Made by a program: the position numbers and the translations under genes. DNA of 62,896 bases, filler included, from Octopus bimaculoides (taxonomy: Eukaryota), in assembly GCF_001194135.2 (NCBI RefSeq). It is 8 parts of 7 records of this genome, joined end to end, with 100 filler letters (N's around TTAATTAATTAA, not from the genome) between each part and the next. Parts side by side here need not be neighbours in the genome. Positions count along the whole stretch, not along the records: positions 40,038 to 54,370 come from NC_068997.1; positions 54,471 to 59,466 come from NC_068985.1; positions 59,567 to 62,896 come from NC_069007.1; 5 more parts are not named here. The stretch is one strand, 5' to 3'. Every line of letters begins with the position of its first letter. Within the stretch, counting starts at the first letter, position 1. Shown here piece after piece: positions 49,224 through 61,752 of the stretch. The notes beneath the pieces were generated by a model. That model was not told where the DNA came from and made no database searches. It saw only the letters and a program-made list of their open reading frames with translations.

Positions 49224-50647
49224 TCAACAATAATAATGATGAGATGGAGGCGGAGGAGGAGGAAGAGGAGGAGAAAATGAGCAACAACAAAAATGATAAC
49301 GATAGTATCAACGTCGATAATATTAATCACTAATAAATAATGATGATGATGATGACGATGATGATGATGATGATGATGATTTCTACAGTCTTAATATTGA
49401 CAACGACGACCAAATTCCATTATCGTAAGTGTTTGCTCACTTCAATTATGGAATTGTCTTTTATTTGAATGAAATTTTTCTTGACGTTCGTTTACTTTCT
49501 ATGTTTTTGTTGTTGCTTTTTTTTGTTGTTGTCTTTTTTAAAATAAAAACACAGTAAAAAAAATGTAATTTTATTTATTATTCCCTACTTGCCAGCGAGA
49601 ATCTAATTAAATGGTCACCTCTTAAATTAGTGAGAATGTCGATTGTCTCGTGTTTTGTTGTGCTTGTGGTCGTTTATAGTTTAGTATGTAATTTTTTGCT
49701 TTTCTTATCTTTCGTATATTCAAAAAATGTTTTGTGTTTTTGTTGCCGAGAGAAGATTCTGTAGTTGATTTTTGATGATTGTCAATGATAAATGATGTTC
49801 TTGTAGGTAAGTGGGAATATTGGTGAGGAGTATTTGTGAGGTGGTGGGTTGAGGAACACTTGTGAGAGGGTGAGGATTTGGGGTGAGGTAGCGCAGGATA
49901 GGGGTGAGATGTGGAGAAGAAATAAAGATGAGGTCGAAGAGAGTAGGGGATAAAGAAAGATGAAGAAGAGGAGAAGTGGAGAAAAGTTGTTGTCTGGAGA
50001 GATGGTGAGCAGTAGTGGTGAGGTGAGGAATAGTGATGAGACGCTGAGATGCTGAGGTGCTGAGATGGAGACAGTGGGGTTTTGAAGGGTGAATAGTGCG
50101 CTAATTAAATAAATGTAAAACTTGTATAAACGATGGTAACAAAAGCGTTTTGCCGCTACTATCGTTGTTGTTGTTGTTGTTGCTGCTGTTATTGTTGTTG
50201 TTGTTGTTGTTGCTGTTGATCATGATGATGATGAAGTCGTTTATTTTGCTGTTGTTGTTGGTGATGATGTTACTGCTTTCCGCATTTGCTGCAACAGGAA
50301 AGCGTTTATCTTGAATAATTATCTACGGTACAGCTAATACCAACTACACCAACTACACCACCACCACCACCACCACCATTACCACCACCACCACCACTCA
50401 ACCACCAATAACAGCAACACCAGCAACAACAACTTTACCAATAACACAAAAATAACAACGACGACGACGACGATGACGACGATGATGATGTTGATGATGA
50501 TAATAATATTAATGGTATTAATGGTAATAACATTATATTGACAATGATTTGATGATAAGCTTAATAAAAGTTTCCTTGCCACCAGGACGATGGACAGGGT
50601 ACATAATAATAAAAACAACAATAATAATAATAATGATGATAACTATT

Positions 50648-50853
50648 TTTACTACAGACACAAAGCCAGGAATTTTAAGGAGGAGCTAGTCGTTTACATC
50701 GATCGCCACTGCTCGACTGATACTTATTTAATCGAATCGAAAAGGATGAAAGGCAGATTAGACCTCGGCAAAATTTGGACTCAGAACGTAAAACCGGAAG
50801 AAATGCTGATAAGTATTTTGTCCGGCGAACTAACGATTCTGCCAGCTTGCCCC
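50648..50853 (-). mobile_element. SINE family A, tail type 2
   Basis: Reverse complement of the A consensus. Confidence 0.85.
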
Positions 50854-50879
50854 TGTAATAACCATAAAAGTAATGATCC

Positions 50880-51089
50880 TTTCTGCTGTAGGTACAAGGT
50901 CAGAAATTTCGGGGGAGTAGGTGAGTCAGTTACATCGACCCAAGTGTTTCACTGATATTTATCGATCCCGAATGGATGAAAGGCAATGTCGACCTCGGTA
51001 GAATTTGAACTCAGAATGTGAGGACGGACGAAATTTCGCTATGCATTTTGTCTGGCGTGCTAACGATTCTACTACCAACTCGCCGCCTT
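50880..51089 (-). mobile_element. SINE family A, tail type 1
   Basis: Reverse complement of the A consensus ending actcgccgcctt. Confidence 0.88.
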
Positions 51090-52948
51090 TCTCTTGAGAT
51101 CAATATTAGTTATTGTGATGGTTGTAAATAGTCGTAGCTATCAAAGATGTCCATCCGCTGTCAAAACCGTCCAGCCCTCACCATTTCAAAGTCCGTACGT
51201 TACCGATGTGTGGGTTTATGTAATCCTTATCTTGATGGACAGATCTGGCTCTTAATGAAATCTATGGCGATGATCAACCGACAATCTTCTTTTGGCAAAG
51301 AAAAGGGGTAGCCTTCATCTGGTCCCTATGATGATGGAAATTGTGTTGTGGATGCGGTTAGATGGGAGTTTAGGAGTGAGCACTCTCGCTAGGCTTTAGT
51401 ACTCAAGGGGTTATTTAACTATCACCCGAAAGCATAACGAAACCGCTTTAGCCTACCATAACTAGACTGGAGTTAAATGGGGGGGGGGTGATTTACTGTC
51501 AGGTGACTTTTGGCCAACCATGTATATGTATGTATATATATATATATATATATNNNNNNNNNNNNNNNNNNNNNNNNNNNNNNNNNNNNNNNNNNNNNNN
51601 NNNNNNNNNNNNNNNNNNNNNNNNNNNNNNNNNNNNNNNNNNNNNNNNNNNNNNNNNNNNNNNNNNNNNNNNNNNNNNNNNNNNNNNNNNNNNNNNNNNN
51701 NNNNNNNNNNNNNNNNNNNNNNNNNNNNNNNNNNNNNNNNNNNNNNNNNNNNNNNNNNNNNNNNNNNNNNNNNNNNNNNNNNNNNNNNNNNNNNNNNNNN
51801 NNNNNNNNNNNNNNNNNNNNNNNNNNNNNNNNNNNNNNNNNNNNNNNNNNNNNNNNNNNNNNNNNNNNNNNNNNNNNNNNNNNNNNNNNNNNNNNNNNNN
51901 NNNNNNNNNNNNNNNNNNNNNNNNNNNNNNNNNNNNNNNNNNNNNNNNNNNNNNNNNNNNNNNNNNNNNNNNNNNNNNNNNNNNNNNNNNNNNNNNNNNN
52001 NNNNNNNNNNNNNNNNNNNNNNNNNNNNNNNNNNNNNNNNNNNNNNNNNNNNNNNNNNNNNNNNNNNNNNNNNNNNNNNNNNNNNNNNNNNNNNNNNNNN
52101 NNNNNNNNNNNNNNNNNNNNNNNNNNNNNNNNNNNNNNNNNNNNNNNNNNNNNNNNNNNNNNNNNNNNNNNNNNNNNNNNNNNNNNNNNNNNNNNNNNNN
52201 NNNNNNNNNNNNNNNNNNNNNNNNNNNNNNNNNNNNNNNNNNNNNNNNNNNNNNNNNNNNNNNNNNNNNNNNNNNNNNNNNNNNNNNNNNNNNNNNNNNN
52301 NNNNNNNNNNNNNNNNNNNNNNNNNNNNNNNNNNNNNNNNNNNNNNNNNNNNNNNNNNNNNNNNNNNNNNNNNNNNNNNNNNNNNNNNNNNNNNNNNNNN
52401 NNNNNNNNNNNNNNNNNNNNNNNNNNNNNNNNNNNNNNNNNNNNNNNNNNNNNNNNNNNNNNNNNNNNNNNNNNNNTATATATATATATATATATATATA
52501 TGAATATATATTAATCGTGCCAAAAGTGACATGTATGTACGTGATTAGAACGCAACTCAGATAGAGGAAGCAGTTAATTAATCAATGTCTGCTATTTATT
52601 AATTTAATCACTGAACTGATTTTAAAGAGGTTTGAATTAATTAAGAATTTAACATTGCCGCACGTCAGTATTAAAGTGTGGTTGAAAATTTCATTTTTTT
52701 GGTGTTGATTTTTGTTTCTCGTTTCAAACTTGGTACTTATTCTATCCTTTTCGTTTGCCGAACCGCTAGGTTTACGGGGGCGTTCTCATAATGGTGGGAA
52801 TACAAACACAGTGGCATACACATGCACACACATACACATACACACACATACACACACACACATTTACGCATACATATATACAGGCACATACAGCATATCT
52901 ATCTATCTGTATGTCTATGTAGGGATTAGTGTAGCAGAGTACCTAATA

Positions 52949-53397
52949 CAGGATGTTCAGAAAGTCTCTCCGCAGTGAATTCTTTGAAGACACCATCAAC
53001 ACCGAGAGATATTGTTCAAATATTGTCTCTCCATTTGTAGGCCAACTCATTGAAAGTGAAAATAATTCACACTTTCAGCAAGATGGAGCTACAGCACATT
53101 CTTTGTACAACACTATGGCGTTACTTCAAGAGTTTTTCGGTGAACAGATTATTTCGAAGAGACTTTGATCACCAAAATCACCTGATTTAACACCGCCAGG
53201 CACTTTTTTCTGGGGAGCAAGTAAAGGAGCAGTGTACAAGAATCGCCCGAAATTCATTAATGAGCTAAAAGATGCAATCATAACCTTCACACGGTGCATA
53301 CTGCATCAGACTCTCCAAGATGTATTTCGAAACATGCGTAGAAGAGTCAACTTATGTACTGAAAATAAAGGACGACATTTTCAACACCTCTTATAAA
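52949..53397 (+). mobile_element. Internally deleted Tc1/mariner-superfamily transposon (left TIR fused to the transposase C-terminus)
   Basis: TA|CAGGATGTTCAGAAAGTC TIR-like end, then FFEDTINTERY...FQQDGATAH...*SPKSPDLTPPGTFFWG..KGAVYKNRP...ELKDAI...GRHFQHLL*; one in-frame stop; right TIR not seen. Confidence 0.88.
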
Positions 53398-53406
53398 TTT
53401 GTTTAA

Positions 53407-53586
53407 AGACAACCGATGCTGGTGTGTTTACGTCCCCGTAACTTAGTGGTTCAGCAAAAGAGACAGATAGAATAAGTACTAGGCTTACAAAGAATAAGTC
53501 CTGGGGTCGATTTGCTCGACTAAAAAGGCGGTGCTCCAGCATGGCCACAGTCAAATGACTGAAACAAGTAAAAGAGTAAGAGAGTA
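53407..53586 (+). mobile_element. SINE family B, 3' half
   Basis: gacaaccgatgctggtgtgtttacgtccccgtaacttag...cagtcaaatgactgaaacaagtaaaagag. Confidence 0.93.
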
Positions 53587-54309
53587 TATATATATATATA
53601 TATGTGTGTATATATATATGATTGTATATGGGTGCTTTATATCTGTAATTATGCTTCACGTCAGACTAAAAATCAGTGTTGTATATGTTGCGTTCCACTG
53701 TATTTTTTTCTTTTTTCTTGTTTCTCTTTTATGCTGTAACTTAGGGGTTTGACATCTATTGTTCAAGAACATAGATACCCGACTAATACAATTACTAGGG
53801 TCGATATGATTAACAAAGGCTTTTGAAAACGATGCATCAGTTGGGACATACGAAGTCCAGAGCTGAAACCAGTAAAAGAATATTATATTAGTATGTGTAT
53901 GTGCGCATGTATATATATATATGAATGTATAAACGTATATCTATGTTTATGTATATGTATCTATATACACACACATATACGCACACACTCACACACAGAC
54001 ACACACACGCACACACACGTACGTTTTTGTATGTTCTTGTCTACCCTTTATGTCTAAGTGTCAAAACTTGCATGGTATGTAAAAGCAAAAAGCTATATAC
54101 ATTTAATATAATAGCAAGCCTCTACAGGACATATTATATACAACTAGCACGTGTGGGTGTGGTGTGTATATATGTGTGTGTATGTGTGTGTGTATGTGTA
54201 TGTGTATATGTGTGTGTATATGGTGTGTATAGCACGTGGGATGAGATGGGGGTTTCTTCTACACTCACACACACACTCACACTCGCACACATATATACAA
54301 GTACGTATA

Positions 54310-54370
<61 letters not shown>

Positions 54371-54414
54371 NNNNNNNNNNNNNNNNNNNNNNNNNNNNNN
54401 NNNNNNNNNNNNNN

Positions 54415-54426
54415 TTAATTAATTAA
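54415..54426. other. Scaffold-join spacer TTAATTAATTAA
   Basis: Same 100-bp construct. Confidence 0.95.
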
Positions 54427-54479
54427 NNNNNNNNNNNNNNNNNNNNNNNNNNNNNNNNNNNNNNNNNNNNATATATATA

Positions 54480-54655
54480 AACAAATAGTAAATGCATATA
54501 TACGTACAGGTATGTGCATACCGACATCCACCTGTATGTATAGGTGCATATCTGGGTACAGGACATTGCAAACAAACGTAGACGAGAACACACGAGCCAC
54601 ATAGAGAACATTCTACTTCATCAGCTACCCACGTTTGAACACCGGCGTTTCGACG
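54480..54655 (-). repeat. Family E copy without an attached ORF
   Basis: Homologous to 1385-1652, lacking the A-rich middle. Confidence 0.65.
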
Positions 54656-55789
54656 AGCTTACACTTAAATATTGATGGAAAAATATACAAATGTGCTGTG
54701 AACATATGATGTTATACAGATTTAAGACCATAGCTTCTTTCTTCGTGTTTGTATGTATGTGTGAGTATGGATGCATGTATATACGGGTTTGTACATATCT
54801 GAATGTATGTATGTGTGTGTGTTCATGTAAGTTTATGTAAATGTATGTATGCGTGTAAATATTTATGTATATCGCACGCACGCACGCATGTGTGTGTATG
54901 CACCTGTCGATTTTACCCAGAGATGATTAGACTAGATAATTCATAAAAAAACACACTTGTCTGTTTAAACACAGCAAGCAATGAGAGTGGCTGCGATGAA
55001 AGGCTCCCTCAAAATTTATCTCCTTCACTGCGGTTCTTTCTTTCTTTTTTTTTTTCTTTGCAATATGTCTCATGTTTATATCAGACAACAAATCAAATTG
55101 AACGAAAATCAAGTTAACCAAACATGAAAAAAAATAATTAAAAACCATTAATAATCCACTTTACTTGCCTACTCAGTATGTATATATGTACATGCTTTGT
55201 ATGCATGCATGTATGTATAGAATGTATNNNNNNNNNNNNNNNNNNNNNNNNNNNNNNNNNNNNNNNNNNNNNNNNNNNNNNNNNNNNNNNNNNNNNNNNN
55301 NNNNNTATATATATATATATATATAGATAGATAGATAGATACGAACACACACACAAATACACACACACACACGCACGTAATATTCTTCCTATACTGAAAG
55401 TAGTTCAAATTAGTTCACATTAATAATGTTTAATTGCTAAGTTCCGGCAATAAGTTGATGTTGAAAGGAAAGCTATTGTTGGTAGAAACGAAGAGGTTTA
55501 TCTTATGTTCTTTGTTCTTTGTGGAGACAGTCACCATCACTTTGTCTGCCCTTACTTCCACAAATCTTCTATCATTACTTTCCGCTTCCTCGTCATCATT
55601 GTCATCGTCATCATCATCATCAGCATCATCGCCATCATCATCAACGAGAACAGCAACGACTACGTTGCTGTTCACTGTGACACCAGAAGGACTTCAGTGG
55701 TGAAATCTGACCAGTCTTTTGATGTCTTTTTAGACTAGAATTTTCTTTGCGTGTATTTTATCCATCTTCAAATGCGCCCCGGAAAATGG

Positions 55790-56560
55790 TTTTGGATAGA
55801 GTATCGTGCCTGGCTACATATCCACATCAGGTGAGCTTAGCTTTCGTTGTTTCCTAGAGTTGGTGTGACTTGTCTGACGAAGCTGTTTTGCTTTGTGAAA
55901 TGTGTATGAGATATGAAGCAGTCTTCTGAAACACTTTGTACTCGAACGCCTAGATTCTATGTTCGACCTCAAATATCCAGCTTTCACACTTATATAGAAA
56001 ATCATAGTTTTCGGGGTGGAGATGCTTATACAGTTTGAACTTCGTGGGAAAACCGGTAGAACTGGTTTCTATATCACCTTTATCATGGCTGCTGAGGCCA
56101 GGCAGAGGCTTGCTTCTACCTCCTTTATTGAGCTGCCGTTCTTATTCCAAAGAGAACCGAGATATTTAAAGTTGTCCACTACTTCAAGTTTTAGTCTATT
56201 GAGCAGAATGCTGATGGCTTTTGATCAGAAAGTTTCTGTTTTCTAAGCTGATTTCCATTCCGTGCACACCCAAGACATTTTCCAGACTGGTGCTGAATTC
56301 CTGGAGTATTGTTTTGTTGTTTCTCTTTAGGCTGATATCATCAGCATAACGCAGGCTGCAAAGAGGCTTGTCTGTTATAGAAACGGAGCTGTGAAGCCGC
56401 GTAATCACTGTTTTCCAGAAAGATGTTGAAAAGCACTGACGTGAGAAGACAGCCTTGATGTATTCCGATAATTCTCCGGAAGCGATGTCCCCAATGTTAT
56501 TATTCAGAAGAATTGCTGTTTGTATTTTCATTCGGCACTTGGATCACTTGAATGAGGCTC
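55790..56560 (-). mobile_element. RTE-clade LINE reverse transcriptase fragment (decayed)
   Basis: QGCLLTSVLFNIFLEN, LRYADDISL, GMEISLE, FKYLGS and KCFRRLLHISY motifs in shifting frames. Confidence 0.9.
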
Positions 56561-57084
56561 CTGTCGAAAGAATATTGATCATAAATACGATTACTTTACT
56601 AAGCATCATTTCAAACTATTTTAGAACTCATTAAAAGAAATAGACGCCAAATCTGCGTCAAATTACGCTCTAACGTCTTAGAAATGATACATTCAATCGT
56701 GTAGTCCTGGATGCCCTATATCTAAAGACAAAAGGATGGGATGCTCACGGCTTGAATGCTTTTCAGTTAACAAAGCTCAAAGACTTTTTATTTAGCTCTC
56801 CAGGACAATTTTCATCTTTATTTCGTGGTGAGATTCAAAGAATTTTCAAATTATGAAGACTTTATCAGTGGTGCCTTGTTCTCAAGTGTCGTTTAAATCT
56901 TGTTCAGAAGCATATATAGTTGCCATCGTATTAAAGAAATATTAGTCAGGCGCTAAAGGGCAGTTTACAGCAGAATCTGCATGCGTGTGTGTGCGCACGC
57001 GCGCTTGACACCGATTGTGCGTGCGCAAGCGTGTTTCCATATGTATCTCTCTCTCCCTATATGTATGTGTGTGTATGTGTGTGT

Positions 57085-57249
57085 GTTGGCTTATTTACGT
57101 ATCCTTAACTTAGCGGTTCGTCAAAAGCTCGATAGAATAAATACCAGACTTTAAAAAATGAGAACCGAAGTATATTTGTTCGACTAAACCTTTCAAAGCA
57201 GTGTTCCAGCAAGACCACAGTCCAACGACTGAAACGGATAGAAAATAAA
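57085..57249 (+). mobile_element. SINE family B, diverged 3' part
   Basis: aacttagcggttcgtcaaaag..gatagaataaatacc...gtgttccagcaagaccacagtccaacgactgaaac. Confidence 0.8.
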
Positions 57250-57491
57250 TTCAAAAAATAAAATCGCTTCATTGTCAACGTATGAGTGTTTATTTGGAAT
57301 GGGATCCAAAGTTTGCGAGTTGGGTGGCAAGTTTGTTGGAACCAACTTTCCTTTGAAATTGCCTATTCTTCTCAAGCTGTGCAAAAAGTGGAATATACGA
57401 TAAAGGATAATTATTAAGATTCTTAAATTCATCGGCTGTAATGGCTACGATTTCTTATTACCAGCTGTATTTCGCCTCAGAAGCGTTAGAC

Positions 57492-57848
57492 CAGGAGTTC
57501 TGTTATCTTATATTTATCAACCTCTTTGATTACTATTTTATTCTGGTGGATCCCATAGCCATTTGATGGTTAAGAATTAGTTTTATAGAAACTTCTTTCA
57601 AAATTCTTATTTTGTTTTTCACGCGTTCACTTGTGTAAATTGAACTATGTAAAATATCAGAGAAAGAAACTTGGTTGTTCCTTGCAATACATACCAATCT
57701 ATACATCTAAAGCGAAATTGTTTCGGTGTGGGGGGGGGGGGCTTAAAATATTATTGTGGATCCCCAATTTACTATTTTGCTTGCGTGGACCCGCAAAAAT
57801 CTTATATGGACCTTTAGGGGCCATATGGACCCCAGTTGAGAACAACCG
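57492..57848. mobile_element. hAT-superfamily MITE with 8-bp TSD
   Basis: Ends CAGGAGTTCT...CAAC and GTTGAGAACAACCG; perfect direct repeat CGTTAGAC at 57484-57491 and 57849-57856. Confidence 0.85.
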
Positions 57849-58059
57849 CGTTAGACAATATCTTGATGTTTTAAATCCAGCTGTTGATCTTGAAAAATAA
57901 AAGTTCTGGCAGACATGCGTTTCTAGAAAAGTGTGGTTTCATGAACTTTGTATACTTGCTCTAGTGTACAGCCCGCTTCAGCAATCAATATTTTTCACTC
58001 ACTCTCTCGCTCTCTTTCTTTTCTTTTTTTTTCTCCAGCTACTCAAGATAATTAGTAAC

Positions 58060-58582
58060 AGCTTTTACATTAGCACAGGTCCTTCATCAGATATTTATCT
58101 GTTGTGCAAATTCAAGCGCTACTTCAACTTGTCAAACTAACGATTACTAACCAGAATAGGTTTTTCACTAGAATTTTCACCTTTTTTCTGCAAGTCGTCA
58201 TACAAAATTTTGGCTTTTTTTTAAAAATTACCATCGTACATCTCGGTACAAGGCATTGAAGTTGATCCTCGAGCCATACAACTAAGTCCCATTCAAAGCA
58301 TCGTATTAAATTTAAGAACAAATATGGTCTGAGCAGTTCACAGAGTAACTTTTTGAGCATTTCACTTAATTTTCTCTCCATTGTCACATATTGTTTACAC
58401 TGAAGACTTTGCAAGCTTTAATGCTTTGGCAATGTGGCTTGATTTTTCTCTGATTCTTTTTTTTCTCCCCAATCAAGTCTTTTTAAAGCTTTATCAAGCT
58501 CAATATCTAGTGTAATTCTTTTACGGCTCTTTTTTTACGTAGTACCGTTTTCAGTTTTATTTGATGGCTTCTTTCCAGACAT
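58060..58582 (-). mobile_element. Tigger/pogo-family transposase N-terminal fragment (HTH_psq and CENP-B HTH), decayed
   Basis: MSGKKPSNKTENGTT*KKSRKRITLDIELDKALKRLDWGEKK...LVVWLEDQLQCLVP...KAKILYDDLQKKGENS...*FDKLK*RLNLHN, with stops and frameshifts. Confidence 0.8.
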
Positions 58583-58891
58583 CTTAAATTGTAGGTACAT
58601 CCAACAGCGGCGGTGATTAACAATTATCCACAACAAATACGTAAAAAAAAGAAGAAAAAAATGAAGCATCAGGAAAAAATTCTTTTGCGAGAGCTTAATC
58701 TTGTCGTAGTCCTATAGACATAATAGACGAAATGGAAAAAGTGAGAGCCAAAGAAACACACACACACATACACCGCCGTTGCGTTGACATCCAACATATG
58801 TTTCTGTAGATATTGCTGTCATGCAGATACTATTATTGTTGTTGCCAGNNNNNNNNNNNNNNNNNNNNNNNNNNNNNNNNNNNNNNNNNNN

Positions 58892-58937
<46 letters not shown>

Positions 58938-59409
58938 CGCCGTTGCGTTGACATCCAACATATGTTTCTGTAGATATTGCTGTCATGCAGATACTATTAT
59001 TGTTGTTGCCAGTTGGTTATTCAAATATTGCTGAGTTGGTAGTGGTGATGGTACTGGTGATAGTAGTGATGGTGATGATGGGGTATTGTTGGTGGTCACG
59101 ATAGTTACATTGTTCTTGTTAATTGCATTGTTGATGATTAGTCTCAAGTCACTCCTCCTTGTCTTATGATCAAAGATATTCTATTCAATATATATAATAC
59201 ACTACAGCACCACATTATTTCATGTGGTTATACTTCTTTGTTAAATTTTGGCTAGATTTGTTTATATTGCTTATACTATTAAAGAGTTGGTCAGTTTGAA
59301 ATGACGGCAGTTATATTAGTTTTGGTGTTGACGCTGGTTGTATTGGTGTTGATGATATTGGCAGTAACGCTGGTGAAAGTTTGCGCGCGCGCGCACACAC
59401 ACACACACA

Positions 59410-59466
<57 letters not shown>

Positions 59467-59510
59467 NNNNNNNNNNNNNNNNNNNNNNNNNNNNNNNNNN
59501 NNNNNNNNNN

Positions 59511-59522
59511 TTAATTAATTAA
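59511..59522. other. Scaffold-join spacer TTAATTAATTAA
   Basis: Same 100-bp construct. Confidence 0.95.
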
Positions 59523-59885
59523 NNNNNNNNNNNNNNNNNNNNNNNNNNNNNNNNNNNNNNNNNNNNATATATATATTTGCATGTGTGTGTGTGTGTAGAG
59601 CTACACTCTCGTACACGTACTTCTGCGTGAGTAGTGTCCGTACGCCGATACCGTATATCTCATGTTTAAATGTATTTCCTTTCCTTCCAATTTTATGTAA
59701 AAGAAAGGAAGTAATACGAAACGCAGTTGTTTGGGCGACGCACACAGAAATACGTACCGAGACGCTGCCTTGTAAATATCTCTGCTTTCCTTTCACTTCC
59801 TTCGTAGACTCGTTGTTTCATTTCTTATTCCTTCCTTCATTCATGGCCTGCGTTCATTTATTTTGTTTTGTTTCCACCACTAAAG

Positions 59886-60028
59886 GTACATCAAGGAGAG
59901 ACAAATGGATCGCTCCTTTAACTTCGTTACGAAGCCGCCTGTCATGGCGGATAGATCTCTATAAATCAATAGAAACACTTGGCTTGCATTTACAATTACG
60001 CTGGTGCGCAAAAGTTTCCAAAAATAGG
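59886..60028 (+). CDS. Candidate exon (GTSRRDKWIAPLTSLRSRLSWRIDLYKSIETLGLHLQLRWCAKVSKNR)
   Basis: Acceptor ttttgttttgtttccaccactaaag, donor AGG|gtaagc, 143 nt with one open frame; protein not recognised. Confidence 0.25.
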
Positions 60029-60102
60029 GTAAGCCTCCTTGAGGTTGATACCAGTGCTAGAAATAGCATGTAAATACCCTTTCAGTCACAACTTCTGTCT
60101 GA

Positions 60103-60295
60103 ATTGGTTTCAAATTTGGGCTCAAGAACAGTGATTTCGGTGGAGAAGTAAGTTGAATTCATCGACGCCGGTTCTTATTTGATAGACCCCAGAATAGTTA
60201 AAAAGCATAATCGACCTCGGCAGAAATTGAACTCAGAACGAAAAGACGGATAAAAAGTACGGCGTGCTAACGACCCTGCCAGATGGCTGCTTTAA
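60103..60295 (-). mobile_element. SINE family A, tail type 2 (diverged)
   Basis: tcgacctcggcagaaattgaactcagaacg...gcgtgctaacgaccctgccag. Confidence 0.82.
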
Positions 60296-60429
60296 CTTCC
60301 GTCTTCATGAAGCAAATGAAAATATGTATTGTATACTCCTTAATATTCCTATAAACGACACACGAGACACAGCTGGGATGTGGTTCGACAGATGTTTACT
60401 CGATCAGAGTTGTCCTGGGTAAGAAACGT

Positions 60430-60649
60430 ATTAATTTCGATGTTTGGTGCAAGGCTGGCAAATTTTAGGGAAGGGCATAAAACAACATTTCAATCTCAGT
60501 ACATCATTGGTAATTATTTTATCGATCTCGAAGTGGGTGAAAGGCCAAGTCGGCCTTTGCACTATTTGAATTCACAATCTAATGAGTCGGAGGAAATACG
60601 CAAGGCATTCTGTCCAGCGCGCTAAAGGTTCTGCTATCTCACAGTCTTC
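60430..60649 (-). mobile_element. SINE family A, tail type 2 (diverged)
   Basis: ggtgcaaggctggcaaatttt...ttttatcgatctcgaa...tttgaattcacaatc...cagcgcgctaaaggttctgctatctc. Confidence 0.78.
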
Positions 60650-60789
60650 AGATAATAGCGACAACAATAATAACAATTACAATAACAAAACAATCTGCTC
60701 CAAGGGTCGAGAGGTTGAAAATCTTGCCGAATAGACTTGAAAAAGGATTGCTCCGGAGGTCAGATTATATCCAGGAGAACACCGCGTAT

Positions 60790-61056
60790 TTTAAGATTCA
60801 CTTAATTCACACAAAAAAAATCACACAAAACAGGAAAAAAGAGCCAGAGAAAGTAGTGGTGGAAACCACACGAGGCTCTGACAGGGGGTGGTGGTGAAAC
60901 GTACAGCAGGGTTCACCCCCCAACCCCTGCCAGAGCCTCGTGGAGCATTAGGTGTTTTCGTTTTATAGCCACTCTCAGCGCCCGGTATGGGAATCGAAAC
61001 CGCCATCATATACCGCGAGTCCGCTGCTCTAGCCACTGGGTCATTGCACCTCCACA
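60790..61056 (-). mobile_element. SINE family D (tRNA-Arg-like head) with an internal inverted duplication
   Basis: Minus strand tgtggaggtgcaatgacccagtggctagagcagcggactcgcgg...ggtttcgattccc (A-box, TCG anticodon-like, B-box). Confidence 0.8.
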
Positions 61057-61124
61057 TATGTATGTATATATATAAATACACACGCACATATATGCACACA
61101 CATTTGCGACTGCATTTTAACAAT

Positions 61125-61270
61125 TTCCGTATTCAAATCCACTCATAAGACATTGGTCAGTCAGTGCGAGGTTAGAGTAGAAGACAAGTGCCTAATGTAC
61201 CATGCAGTGGGACTGATCCTGGTTCCATATGGTTGTGAAGCAAACTTTTTGGCACACAGCCACGCCTGCG
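61125..61270 (-). mobile_element. SINE family B, 5' half
   Basis: aaatccactcataagacattggtc...agtagaagacaagtgcc...catgcagtgggactgatcc...cacacagcca. Confidence 0.82.
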
Positions 61271-61684
61271 CCTCTTACTACACAGTTAAATCGCGTCTGT
61301 AATTACCCAGTTTTTGCTTGTCATCTTACAAAAAAGACAAAACGTAAAACGAAACGCAACGCATTTATTTGTCAACAGAATTATCATCCTGTTTCTTTCA
61401 GCTATTTTATCTGCAGAACAGACAGTCATGCAAAATATGGACCAAGCTTTAACCACATATAACTATAGTGATATATGGCCACTAATATATGTACATTAAT
61501 ATATTATTGTGATATAGGTATCTAGCAATACAATTAGTATGCGGTATCGGGAGATATAATTACTAGGACAGGGAGCTGAAATATATTCACACACTTTCAT
61601 ATACAAATACAAAGGTAATATAATTTCTGTCAGATGTTACCAGGTATAATAGTCTATATACACACACATACGGACACATGTATG

Positions 61685-61752
<68 letters not shown>

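Noticed and set aside
58771-59011. 78-bp direct duplication either side of a short N gap
   Set aside because: Most likely unmerged overlapping contig ends at a (CA)n tract; an assembly artefact rather than a true tandem repeat.
60985-61056. tRNA-Arg(TCG)-like sequence; also tRNA-like heads at 39438-39493 and of SINE A/B/C
   Set aside because: No closable acceptor stem; each continues into SINE body sequence or matches a SINE head, so they are SINE heads, not tRNA genes.
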